From assembly GCF_963921235.1 (NCBI RefSeq), contig NC_086100.1, positions 198,464,001-198,528,000 on the forward strand: a stretch of DNA of 64,000 bases, in the 5' to 3' direction. Position numbers and translations under genes: made by a program. This DNA is from Mobula hypostoma. Its lineage: Eukaryota. This document shows positions 49,328 to 61,167 of the stretch, piece by piece; position 1 is the stretch's first letter; each line of letters starts with the position of its first letter. The notes beneath the pieces are model-generated. The model worked only from the letters and a program-made list of their open reading frames with translations, was not told the DNA's origin and did not search any database.

Positions 49328-51471
49328 AATATAAACCTCAAAGCAAATGACCCAAAATGTTGAATGGTTTGGACGGCTAAATCAGGGTTCCAGGGTGAAC
49401 CAGGCAATAGGATGCAACCTTATGTACGTTGATAATGAATTTACTTTGAACTTTTGCTTAGTGGGCAGAGGTGGTGGTGGAGGATTGTTTTCTGTGATTG
49501 GAGGCTGTGACCAGTTGTGTGCCACAGGGCTCGGTGCTGGGCTGACTGTTGTTATCTGTGTCAGTGATTCAGATGATGTGCTTAATGAGGTTGTGATGAC
49601 GCCAGCCTTGCTGGGGTGGCGGCGAGTGAGGAAGGTTATCGAAGGATCTCGGTCATCTCAGGAAGTGGGCCAAGGATTCTGGGCAGTGGGATCTTGAGGT
49701 CCACATCCGTAGATCCCACAAAGTTGCCGCGCAAGTTGATAGGGTGGTTAAGAAGGTGTTTCGCTGTGTTGGCCTTCATTAATCAGGGGATTGAGTTCAA
49801 GAGCCGTGAGGTGACATTCCAGTTCGATAAAACGTTGGTTAGACCACACTTGGTGTATTGTGTTCAGTTCTAGTCACCTCATTATAGGAAGGATGTGAAA
49901 ACTTTAGAGAGGGTGCAGAGGAGATTTATCAAGATGCTGCCTGGATTAGAGAGCAGGTCTTATTAGGACAGGTTGAGTGAGCTAAGGCTTTTCTCTATGG
50001 AGTGAAGGAGGATAAGAGGTGACTTGATAGAGATGTACCAGATGATGAGGCATAGGTCGAATAGATAACCAGAGACGTTTTCCCAGGGCAGAAATGGCTA
50101 AAACGAGATGGCATAATTTTAAGGTGATTGGAGGAAAGGCGATTGGGGAGATGTCAGAGGCTAGCTTTTTTACGCAGAGAGTGGTGTGTGCATGGAATAT
50201 GCTGCCGGGGTGGTGAAAGTGGCTCGCTTTGCTGTTGTTGTTGACTTGTTTTCTCGTTGTTCTGGTAAACACCGTGGACATGTTGTGTTGGTGCCAGAAT
50301 GCGTGGCAACACTTGTGGGCTGCCCCCCGCCCCCCAGGACACCCGAAGGTTGACTTGGTTGTTAATGCAAACAATGCTCTTCACTGTAGGTATCCATATA
50401 CGTGTGATAAATAAAACTGACTCTGGATCTGGAGTCTGGTATGTGACTGAACTGCTCCCGCACAGGCCTTGGCTACGTGTTGTCGGAGGTCAAAGTGCAA
50501 GGCTCAGACTTGTAGCTTTCTGTCCTGTTTAATCAGAACCAACAGGCCCTGCTCCCCTCCCCTTGCACCTCGCCACCCCCACCCCTCCTCGACAAGAAGC
50601 TGCGAGCATTGTCCGACGTGTCAGGGGCCCAGGTTCCGGATTGGAACTGACCGTTGACCCTGAAAGGCCCGGCAGGGGCTCTCGCTCAATGCTACTAATT
50701 AGAAGCTGTCCCAGAGGGAGCGGGCTAACACCTGCAATGGCACAGGACGGCCCGCTCGCTGGTCCGGCCACAGACCCCACGGGAAGCCCAGGGGGAGCGG
50801 GCATCATGAGACAGCCGATCGGCCCACCCAGCCTCTGCCAGCTCCGCCCGAGGCCAATCCTCATCTGTCTGTATCACCTTCTGTCCGTCTCCCCCTCCCC
50901 CCTGTATCACCAAGTAAATAATGAATAAATGCCCTCTCCTCATGGCTACCGTCAAGGGGGAGGTACACGAGCCTGAAGGCACACACTCAACGATTCGAGA
51001 ACAGCTTCTTCCCCTCTGCCATCAGATTTCTGAATGGACAATGAACCCATGAACACTCCCTCACCAGAGCTGCAGAAACAACAAATTTCACCACAGCTAT
51101 TAACCCTGATTCTGTTTCTGATTGTTGGAGTTGTTGGGTAGGATTTAAACTAAATTGTCAGGGGAGGTGGGAACTGGGGGGGGCGCGGGGCAGCTGTTAT
51201 ACAAGTCAATACAGTTTGCAGTGGGACTGTGAGGAAGGACGGGCAGATGACAGGGTGAAATTGCCGTCAGTGGGACGAGGTGAAGTGTAACATGGGCGGT
51301 GAAATCAAAACAAGTTATCAATACAGGACTGAAAGTGTTATGTTTGAATGCACACTGTGTACGGAATAATATATATCATCCTGTAGCGCAGTTAGAGATC
51401 GGCAGGGACAACGTTGTGGCAATCACTGAGATGTTGCTGGAAGAAGATCATAGTCAGGGTCCATCACTAGG

Positions 51472-51815
51472 CAGTGTTCCCTCTCCGTTGTAATGACCAC
51501 TGTGCCCAAAAATCTTGCGCTGTGCCATTTTTTTGCCCAGTGACAATGTGTGCGCACCGAATAACTTCTTCAGTAAAAAACAGCATAATTAAGCCAGTTC
51601 TAAAACCTTCAGACAAATCATCACAAACGCCACGTTGTCAACACCGTCCGCATCAGAAACTGGAAAAGGAAATGTGATTGTGTTCGATAGTGAAATATAC
51701 TTAAGCCGCGACGACGTAGAAGGTGACGACTTTTTCATGCACAGTTTTAATTCCTTTGTGTTCTAGTAGCCAAAGGTGTTTGCGCGCACACACACTCACG
51801 TTGGAGGGAACATTG
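51472..51815. mobile_element. hAT-type MITE (344 bp)
   Basis: TIRs CAGTGTTCCCTC / GAGGGAACATTG. 8-bp flanks tcactagg (51464-51471) and tcattaag (51816-51823) look like a decayed TSD. Confidence 0.7.
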
Positions 51816-52939
51816 TCATTAAGGACCCCCATCACCCAGGACATGCCCCCTCCTCATTACTACCATCAGGAAGGAGGTACCGGAGCCTGAAGACACACAC
51901 TCAATGATTCAGGAACAGCTTCCTCCACCCCCCCCCCCACCCCATCAGATATCTGAACTGTCTTGAACCCATGAACACGACCTCACTATTTTGGTCCCTT
52001 TTGCATTATTTTATATATTTATATATTGTGTGTATATTCTCATCGTAACTTATAGTAATTATTGTGTGTTGCTGCCTTTAAGCAATAAACTTCATGACCC
52101 AGGGCAGAGACTGGATGCCAGGGGTGTTTCCAATGGCAGGAGTTCAGGGCCAGGAGACAAAGTCAAAATTGAATCCGGGTTTATTGTCGTCTGCACAGGC
52201 ATGAGGATAAACTTACCTGCAGCAGCATCACAGGCACCGAGCGTCAGATAAACAGCACTTGCAAGGAAAACATAAATGAAACATAATATTTACAAAGCAA
52301 AAAATAACGAAGTCTACTTCAGTGCAAAGTGATCAAACAGTTAGGTTTTATTTGGGCACCGAATGGTTGAAGGGGGTGGTACGGTGCAAAGTTACAAAAT
52401 TACTATCAATTGCTAAATAAATACATTGTGCTCATGGATTCATGGACCATTCAGAAGTCTGATGGTTGGGGGGGGGTGGGGAAGAATCATTCCTGACCCT
52501 GTACCTCCCCCGCTGCCCCAATAGGGCATGTTCCAGACGGTAAGGGTCCCTAGTGATAGATCCTTTTAAACATTGGTGTAGAACTTGCCCCTATCACCTC
52601 CTCCAGTAGTGTGAGGGAAACCTTCAGAAAGTGGTGACCCTCGGAAACTCACTGCCTGCAAGAGAGTCAGGAGCTGCCTGGATTTTCCAGAGAAGACTGG
52701 GGAGGCTGAGAGACCATGGTTCAGGACTGATAGGATCTTGTGAAGGGCTGAACGCGGCGTAACTCGGCTGTGCTCTCAAGTGTGTCCCTGAAAGTTGCCA
52801 TCAAGTTGATAGGGTGATTAAGAAGGCGTATGGTGCGTTGGCCTTCACTAGTCGGGGGATGGAGTTCAAAGATTGCAAAGTAATGTTGTAGCTCTATAAA
52901 GCCCTGGTTAGACCACACTTGGAATATTGTCCGCCAGAA

Positions 52940-53515
52940 CAAGTGGGATCTCCCACTGGCCACCTATTTTAATTCCACTTCCCATTCCCATTCCAATATG
53001 CCCATCCAGGGCCTCCTCCACTGTCAGGATAAGGCCACACTTAGGTTGGAGGAACAACACCTTATATTCCATTTGGGTAGCCTCCAACCTGATGGCATGA
53101 ACATCGATTTCTCAAACTTCCAGTAATGACTCCACCCCCCCCCCACCATTTCCCATCCCCTTGTCCCTCTCTCATGCTCTCATGTTATCTTCTTGCCCAC
53201 CTATCACCTCCCTTTGGTGCTCCCCCACTTTCTTCTTTCTTCCATTGCCCTCTGTTTTTTCACCAATCAACTTCCTAGCTCTTTGCTTCATCCCTCCCCC
53301 TCCCAAGTTTCACCTATCACCTGGTGTTTCTCTCTCCCCTCCCCTCACCTTTCAAATCTACTCCTCAGCATTTTTTCTCCGGTCCTACTGAAGGGTTTCG
53401 TCCCGAAACGTGGACTGTACTTTTTTTCCATAGATGCTGCCCGGCCTGCTGAGTTCCTCCAGCACTTTGTGTGTGTTGCTCAGATTTCCAGCATCTGCAG
53501 ATTTTCTCTTGTTTG
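52940..53515 (+). mobile_element. Penelope-like element 3' fragment inserted in CR1
   Basis: GSLQPDGMNIDFSNF remnant and terminal repeat. The host CR1 sequence aatattgt recurs on both sides. Confidence 0.8.
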
Positions 53516-53569
53516 TGACTTGAAATATTGTGTCCAGTCTGGTCGCCTCATTATAGGAAAGAATTCCTG

Positions 53570-54410
53570 GAACCCTGGCAGAGATATTTAAAACATCCTT
53601 ACCAATAGGAGAGGTACCAGAGAATTGGAGGATAGCCAATGTTGTTCCTCTGTTTAAAAAAGGCTCTAAGCATAGACCAGGGAATTATAGGCTGGCAAGC
53701 CTGACATCAGTTGTGGGAAGTTATTGTAAGGGACCAGATATATACCTAGGTATTTGGATAGACATGGACTGATTAAGGATGGTCAGCATGGCTTTTTGCG
53801 TAGTAGGTCACATCTAACCAACTTTATAGAGTTTTTCAAGGAAGTTACCAGGAAAGTGGATAAAAGCAAGGCAGTGGATATTGTCTACATGGACCTTAGC
53901 AAGACATTTGACAAGGTCCTGCTTGGGAGGCTGGTCAAGAAGGTTCAGTCACTCAGCATTCATGATGTGGTAGTAAGTTGGATTAGACATTGGCTTTGTG
54001 GGAGAAGCCAGACAGTGGTAGTAGATGGTTGCCTCTCTGACTGGAGGCCTGTGACTGGTGGTCTGCTGCAGGGATCGGTGCTGGGTCCTTTGTTGTTTGA
54101 CATCTATATCAGCGATCTGGATGATATGAGTTTAACTGGATCAGCAAATTTGCAGATGACACCAAGATTGGGGGTGTAGTGGACAGTGAGGAAGGATATC
54201 ATGGCTTGCAGAGGGATCTGGACCAGCTGGAAAAATGGGCTGAAAAATGGCAGATGGAATTTAATGCAGACAAGTGCAAAGTGTTACATTTCAGTAGGAC
54301 CATCCAGGGTAGGTCTTACACAGTGAACAACAGGGCACTGAGCAGAGTGGTAGAACAAAGGGATTTGGGAATATAGGTACATAATTTGTTGAAAGTGGCT
54401 TCACATGTAG
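53570..54410 (+). mobile_element. CR1 RT-domain fragment
   Basis: [18 protein letters not shown]...[11 protein letters not shown]...[10 protein letters not shown]. Confidence 0.9.
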
Positions 54411-57140
54411 ATTCAAAATATTTGGAATAAAGTGGATGAACTCCTGGTGCAATTAGAGTACAACATTGGGGGCATCACTGAATCAGGGCTGAAAAGTCAT
54501 AGTTGGGAGCTTAATATCAAAGGATATACTTTGTATTGAAAGGACAGGCAGGAAGGCCAAGGCACTCATGGGGCTCTGTTGGTAAGAGATGGAATTACAT
54601 CTTTAGAAAGAGGTGTCAGAGAATGTCAAATCTTTGTGGGTGGAGTTAAGAAACTGCAAGGGTAAAAAACCACATGGGAATCATATATTGGCCTCCTAAC
54701 AGTAACAAAGATGTGGAGTTGAGATTGCAAAGGGAGCTGGAAAAGGTATGTAATAAGGGTAATGACACAATTGTAATGAAGGACTTCAATAGGCAAGGGA
54801 ATTGGGAAAGTCAGGTTGGTGTCAGATCACAAGGGAGGGAATTTGTTGAATGCCTATGAGGTGACTTTTTAGAGCAGCTACTGCTTGACCTCCTCAGGGA
54901 AAGGCGATCTGAGATTGGGTGTTGTGCAATAATCAAGATTTTATTAGGGAGCTTAATGTAAAGGAGGCAGTGATCATAATATGATTGAATTCATAGTGCA
55001 ATTTGAGAGGGAGAAGCACAAGTCACATGTATCAGTATCACAATGGAATAAAGGGAACTATAGAGGCATGAGAGAGGAGCTTGCTCAGGGGGATTGGAGT
55101 AGAATATTGCGGGGATGACAGCAGAGCAGAAATGGCTGAAATTTCTGGGAATATTTCACAAGGCGCAGGATAGATATGTCCCACAGAGGAAGAAGTTCTC
55201 AAATGGCAGGGGTAGGCAACCATGGCTGACAAAGGAAGTTAAGGACTGCATAAAAGCCAAGGAACGTGCATATGAGGTAGCAAAAGTGAGTAGGAAGTTG
55301 GATGATTGGGAAGCTTTTAAAATCCAATGGAACGCAACTGAAAAGCCATGAAATATGAGGGCAAACTAGCCAGTAATATAAAGCAGGATACCTAAAGTTG
55401 TTTTTCCGTTATATAAAGAGTAAAAGAGAGGTGAGAGTTGATATCGGACTACTGGAAAATGATGCTGGTGAGGTAGTAATGGGGGACAATGAAATAGCAG
55501 ATGAGCTTAATGGGTACTTTGCATCTGTGTTCACTGTGGAAGACACTACCAGTGTGCCAGAGATCTGTGAGTGTCAGGGAGCAGGAGTGAGTGCCATTGC
55601 TATTACAAAGGAAAAAGTGCCAGGCAAACTCAAAGGTCTTAAGGTGGATAAGTCACCTGGACCAGATGGACTACATCCCAGAGTCCTGAGAGAGGTTGCT
55701 GAAGAGATAACAGATGTTGGTCATGATCTTTCAAGAATTCTGGCATGGTGCCGGAGGACTGGAAGATTGCAAATGTCACTCCGCTCTTTAAGAAGGGAGG
55801 AAGGCAAAAGAAAGGACATTATAGACCAGTTAGCCTGACCTCAGTGGTTGGGAAAGTGTTGGAGTCCATTATTAAGGATGAGGTTTTGGGGTACTTGAAG
55901 ACTAATGATAAAATAAGTCAAAGTCAGCATGGTTTCTTGCCTGACAAATCTGTTAGAGTTCTTCAAGTAAGTAACAAGCAGGGTGGACAAAGGAGAGGCA
56001 GTGGATGTCATTGACTTGGATTTTCAGAAGGCATTTGATAAGATGCCACACATGAGGCTGCTTAACAAGATAAAATCCTATGGCGTTACAGGTAAGATAA
56101 CTGGCATGGATAGCGAATGGCTGACAGACAGGAGGCAGTGAGTGGGAATAAAGGGGGCCTTTTCTGGTTGTCTGCCAGTGACTAGTGGTGTTCCTCAGGG
56201 GTCAGTATTGGACCTCTACTTTTCACATTGTTTGTCAATGATTTAGATAGTGGAATTGATGGCTTTGTTACAAAGTGCAAATGATACGAAGATAGGTGGA
56301 GGGGTAGGTAGTGCTGAGGAAACAATGTGATTGCAGCAGGACTTAGACAAATTGGAAGAAAGGGCAAAAAGTGTCAGAATACAGTGTTGGGAAATGTATG
56401 ATAACGAATTTTGGTAAAAGGAATAATGGTGTGGAGTATTATCTAAATGGGAGGAAGGTTAAAACATCAGAGGTGCAGAGGGATTTAGGAGTCATCATGC
56501 AAGACTCTTAGAAGGTGATTTACAGGTTGAGTCTGTGGTAGTGAAGGCAAATGTAATGTTGGCATTTATTTCAAAGGGAATAGAATATAAAAACAAGGAG
56601 ATAATGCTAAGGCTTTATAAGACACTAGTCAGGCTGTACTTAGAGTATTGTCAACAGTTTTGGGACCCATATGTTGTCATTGGAAAGAGTCCAGAGGAGA
56701 TTCATGAGGACGATTCCAGGAATGAATGAGTTAACATATGAGGAATGTTTGACAGCTTTGGGCCTGTACTCACTGGAATTTAGAATGCGGGGGAATCGCA
56801 TTGAAACCCACCCAATGTTGAAAGGACTAGATATGGACATGGAAAGGGCACAACCTCAAAATTGAGGGGTGACCCTTTAGAACAGAGGTAAGGAAGAATA
56901 TCTTTGGCCAGAGAGTAGTGAATCTGTGGAATGCTCTGCCACAGACTGCGGTGGAGGCCAAGTCTGTGGGTATATTTAAAGCAAAAATTGATAGTTTCCT
57001 GATCAGTCAGGGCATCAAAGGTTTTGGTGAGAAGGCAGATGTATGGGGTTGAGTGGGATCTGGGATCAGCCATGATGGAATGGCAGAGCAGACTGGAGGG
57101 GCTGAATGGCCTAATTCTGTTCCTATGTCTTATGGTCTTT
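54410..57140 (+). mobile_element. Long decayed CR1 LINE (APE to 3' end)
   Basis: IIYWPPNS, KSPGPDGLHPRVL, WKIANVTPLFKKG, DFQKAFD, tail gttcctatgtcttatgg. Confidence 0.92.
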
Positions 57141-57249
57141 TAGGATTAGTTTATGAAGACACGTAGTCCCCTTTTTATTGTCATTTAGTAATGCATGCAT
57201 TAAGAAATGATACATTATTTCCTCCAGTGTGATATCACAAAACACAGAA

Positions 57250-58310
57250 TTATAAAGAAAGCTTTTGACGCATTGGCCTCCATCATTCAATGTATTGAGA
57301 ACGGGAGATGGGGTGTTATGTTGAAGCTGTATAAAACGTTGGTGAGGGCTGATTTGGAGTACTGTGTGCAGTTTTGATCACCTACCTACAGGAAAGATGT
57401 ACACAAGTTTGAAGGAGTTCAGATAAAATATTCAAGGATATTCCCTGGTGGAGGACTTGAGTTATAAAGAAAGATTGAATAGGTTAGGACTATATTCTTT
57501 CAAACATAGATGATTGAGAGGAGATTTGATAGAGGTATACAAAATTATGAGGGGTATATATAAAGTAAATGCTTTTTCCTCTGAGGTTGGGTACAACTAC
57601 AAGCAGAGGTCATGGGTTAAGGGTGAAAGGTGAAATGTTTAAGGGGAACATGAGGGGTAACGTCTTCACTCAGAGGGTGGTGAGAGTGTGGAACGAGCTG
57701 CCAGTGCAAGTGGTGCATGCAAACTCGATTTCAACGTTTAACCGAAGTTTGGACAGGTACATGCATGGTAGGGGTATGGCCCTGGTGCAGGTCGATGGGA
57801 GCAGGCAGTTTAAATGGCCTCAGCATGGACTAGATGGGCCTGTTTCTGTGCTGTACTTCTCTGTGACTCTATGAATCTAAGGATGTAGAAGCCTTAGGGA
57901 GGATGCAGGGGTGATTAGGTGGAGTGAGCTAGGGCTTTTCCATTTGGAGTGAAGGAGGATGAGAGGTGACTGGATAGAGTTGTACAAGATGAAAAGAAGC
58001 ACAGATCCAGTGGACAGCCAGAGACTTTTTCCCAGTGTGGCATAATTTTAAGGCGATTGAAGGAAAGTATGGGGGGGAGGGATGTCAGAGGTAGTTTTTT
58101 TTTACACAGAGAGTGGTGGGTGTGTGAAACGCCTTGCCAGGGGTGGTGGTGGAGGCAGATACGTTAAGGACATTTAACAGACACTTAGATGGATACATGG
58201 ATGGTAGAAAAATAGGGGACTATGTGGGAGGGATGGGTTAGCTTGATCGTGGAGAAGGTTTATCCAGGTGGCACCGAAGACCCTGTATTGTGCTGTGGTT
58301 TTCCGTGTTC
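57250..58310 (+). mobile_element. Two consecutive CR1 3' fragments
   Basis: FTQRVVRVWNELP and FFYTESG remnants, each with a tail. Confidence 0.8.
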
Positions 58311-58644
58311 TGTATGCGTCCGCTGATTTACAGGAGACAGCCGCATGTTTTTGGTTACGGTGTTGCCGGTCCTAGCCTGGTGTTCCCTGCTTGCAGTAAC
58401 ACAACTCAGAGTGTTTAAAGTGTTAATGAGACCCGGGTGTGCGCAGGGCAGCCCCGGCTCTCAGCAGAGCTTTGAGATCGTTAGAGAGGCTGGCCTCCCG
58501 CCGGGAAGCCGCACAGATGTGCGCACTCAAAGGGGCCCAGGCTGAGACGGGCTGCTGGGGCGGTTCGCGACCTTTACAGATTCGGTGGGTGTGCCTGTCA
58601 CTTTCGATGGGCTTTAAATTGGCAGCTCAGCACAGGGTGTAACC

Positions 58645-58970
58645 TCTCCCTCGTTCCCTCTCTCCCTCTACCCTCCCCTCCCTCGTTCCCTCCCCTCCCT
58701 CGTTCCCTCCCCTCCCTCGTTCCCTCTCTCCCTCTACCCTCGCCTCCCTCGTTCCCTCTCTCCCTCCAGCCTCCTCCCCTACCCTCCTCTCCCCTACCCT
58801 CCTCTCCCTCGCTCCCGCTCTCCCTCTACCCTTCTCTCCCTCGCTCAGTCTCTCCCTCTACCCTCCTTTACCCTCCTTTCCCTCTACCCTCCCCTCCCTC
58901 TTCCCTCCCCTCCCTCTTCCCTCCCCTCCCTCTTCCCTCCCCTCCCTCTTCCCTCCTCTCCCTCTACCCT
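58645..58970 (+). repeat. Polypyrimidine low-complexity repeat
   Basis: (ctccctcgttccctc)-like units. Confidence 0.9.
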
Positions 58971-58972
58971 TA

Positions 58973-59322
58973 TTGTATAAGATGATGAGAGGCATTGATC
59001 GTGTGGATAGTCAGAGGCTTTTTCCCAGGGCTGAAATGGCTGCCAAAAGAGGACACAGGTTTAAGGTGCTGGGGAGTAGGTACAGAGGAGGTGTCAGGGG
59101 TAAGTTTTTTACACAGAGAGTGGTGAGTGCGGGGAATGGGCTGACAGCAACGGTGGTGGAGGCGGATACGATAGGGTCTTTTAAGAGACTGCTGGACAGG
59201 TATATGGAGCTTAGAAAAATAGAGGGCTATGGATAACCCTTGGTAATTTCTAAGGTAGGGACATGTTCGGCACAGCATTGTGGGCCGAAGGGCCTGTGTT
59301 GTGCTGTAGGTTTTCTATGTTC
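58973..59322 (+). mobile_element. CR1 3' fragment
   Basis: YKMMRGIDRVDSQRLFPRAE...FFTQRVV. Confidence 0.88.
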
Positions 59323-59707
59323 TCTCCCCACCTTCTCTCCCCCTCCCACTCCTCGTGTTCCCCGGGGTGTAAGGTTTTTCTGCTACTGGAGATTGAGGGA
59401 CCAGTTTGGGGGAGGAAGCCTCTCAATTATTGTAGTAGTTACTACCCCAGTGAGCCTCATGAGTGGCAACAGTCCTATTGACTCTGCAACTCCTGTTCTC
59501 AATACTAATTGCTTATTCATTTTATTTTTTTATTTGTTCGCTCGTTTTGTATTTGCACAGTTTTTTGTATTTTGCACATGGGTTGTTTCTTTGGTTGTGT
59601 GCAAAAGAATGAAAATATATTGCGCAGTTTATTCTTGTAAATATGTTTGAATTATGAATAACGTTTATTTTGTTAAATAAAACCACCCTTCCTGTTCTTC
59701 CCTGCAG

Positions 59708-59763
59708 CCTACCGGACCATCTCGGCCGTGAACGGACCACTGGTGGTTCTGGACAATGTGAAG
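59708..59763 (+). CDS. atp6v1b1: V-type H+-ATPase subunit B1, exon 2
   Basis: Acceptor cttccctgcAG. 56 nt encoding (T)YRTISAVNGPLVVLDNVK. Donor GTATGT. Phase fits exon 1. Confidence 0.95.
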
Positions 59764-60187
59764 GTATGTGTGTGTGTATGTAGGAGTATGGGTGTGTGTG
59801 TGTGTCTGAGTATGGGTGAGTGTGTGTGTGTTTGAGTGTGTGTGTGAGTGTGTGTCTGAGTGTGAGTATGGGTGTGTCTGTGGAAGAGCGAGCGGTGTGT
59901 GTGCGGGGAGCAGTGGGCAGACAGTGGAGCTCTGTGCAAGCGCTTCTCCCGCGGTTTAGTTACAGATGTGGTTCCATTGTTCCCTCGTACTGTGCAGCCC
60001 ATTCATTAGGGGGCTTTCAGACCCACCACTTCCTGACTGCGAGGCGTCTGAGGTAATGATGCGTGAGACGGGGGCAGAGTGTCAGCGCGAGAGATGTCAC
60101 TCCTGGTTAGTAACTTGGAGAGACAATTTAGCTTCGAAGTGTTAATCTTCACAGAGGATTCAAGGAGTTCATCTGTCCTTGCTGTGA

Positions 60188-60597
60188 CATCACACACTCC
60201 CAGACACAGAGTGAAGCCACCTCCACCCTGTCCCATCACACACTCCCGGACACAGAGTGAAGCCACCTCCACACCGTCCCATCACGCACTCTAGGGGCCA
60301 GACAGAGTGAAGTTCCCTCCACACCATCCCATCACACACTCCCGGGGTCAGACACAGAGTGAAGCTCCCTCTACACTGTCCCATCACACACTCCTGGGGT
60401 CAGACACAGAGTGAAGCTCCCTCTACACTGTCCCATCACACACTCCCGAGGTCAGACACAGAGAGAAGCTCCCTCTACACTGTCCCATCACACACTCCTG
60501 GGGACAGGCACAATGTGAAGCTCCCACCCCACTGTCCCATCACACACCCTGGTCAGACACAGAGTGAAGCTCCCACCCCTCTGTCCCATCACACAGT
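60188..60597 (+). repeat. 52-bp tandem repeat (about 8 units) in atp6v1b1 intron 2
   Basis: Unit cacacactcccggggtcagacacagagtgaagctccctctacactgtcccat. Confidence 0.92.
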
Positions 60598-60694
60598 ACC
60601 ATACACAGTGTTGTCCATGTCTACATTTGGGAATGCTGTGCTCTGGGTTGGGCTCAGACCTCTCATGTCTCTCTGATCCTTTCACTTCCTGCAG

Positions 60695-60793
60695 TTCCCC
60701 CGGTACGCTGAAATCGTGAACTTCACCCTGCCGGACAAAAGTTGTCGGAGTGGACAGGTGCTGGAGGTGGCTGGATCCAAGGCTGTTGTTCAG
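60695..60793 (+). CDS. atp6v1b1: V-type H+-ATPase subunit B1, exon 3
   Basis: Acceptor cttcctgcAG. 99 nt encoding [33 protein letters not shown]. Donor GTACCT. Confidence 0.95.
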
Positions 60794-61167
60794 GTACCTC
60801 TGCCCCCTTGTGATTACTTCTAACCGTTTTTGCTGGGGAGGGTTTCCCTGGTCCCGCCACAGGGATCTGAACCTGTACTGCTCACCGGGGGTGGGGGGGT
60901 AGATCGAACTCTCACTGTGTACTAGAGTGTTCAGCAGCCACTGTGACTTCCTCAGACTGATAGAGCATAGAACATAGAAATCTACAGCACATTACAGGCC
61001 CTTCGGCCCACAGCGTTGTGCTAACCATGTAACATATGATCCAACCCCTGTCCTCCATGCATCCTCATTCAGCTTCCAAATCTAAATCCAACTCAGCTTC
61101 CAAATTTAGAATCTAAAATTGAATCCAAATCCAAATCCAAGTCTGAATCAAGACCCAAATCTGAGTA

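Noticed and set aside
60188..60597. Recombination signal sequences (cacagag/cactgtc)
   Set aside because: No consensus heptamer-spacer-nonamer and no V, D or J segments nearby.
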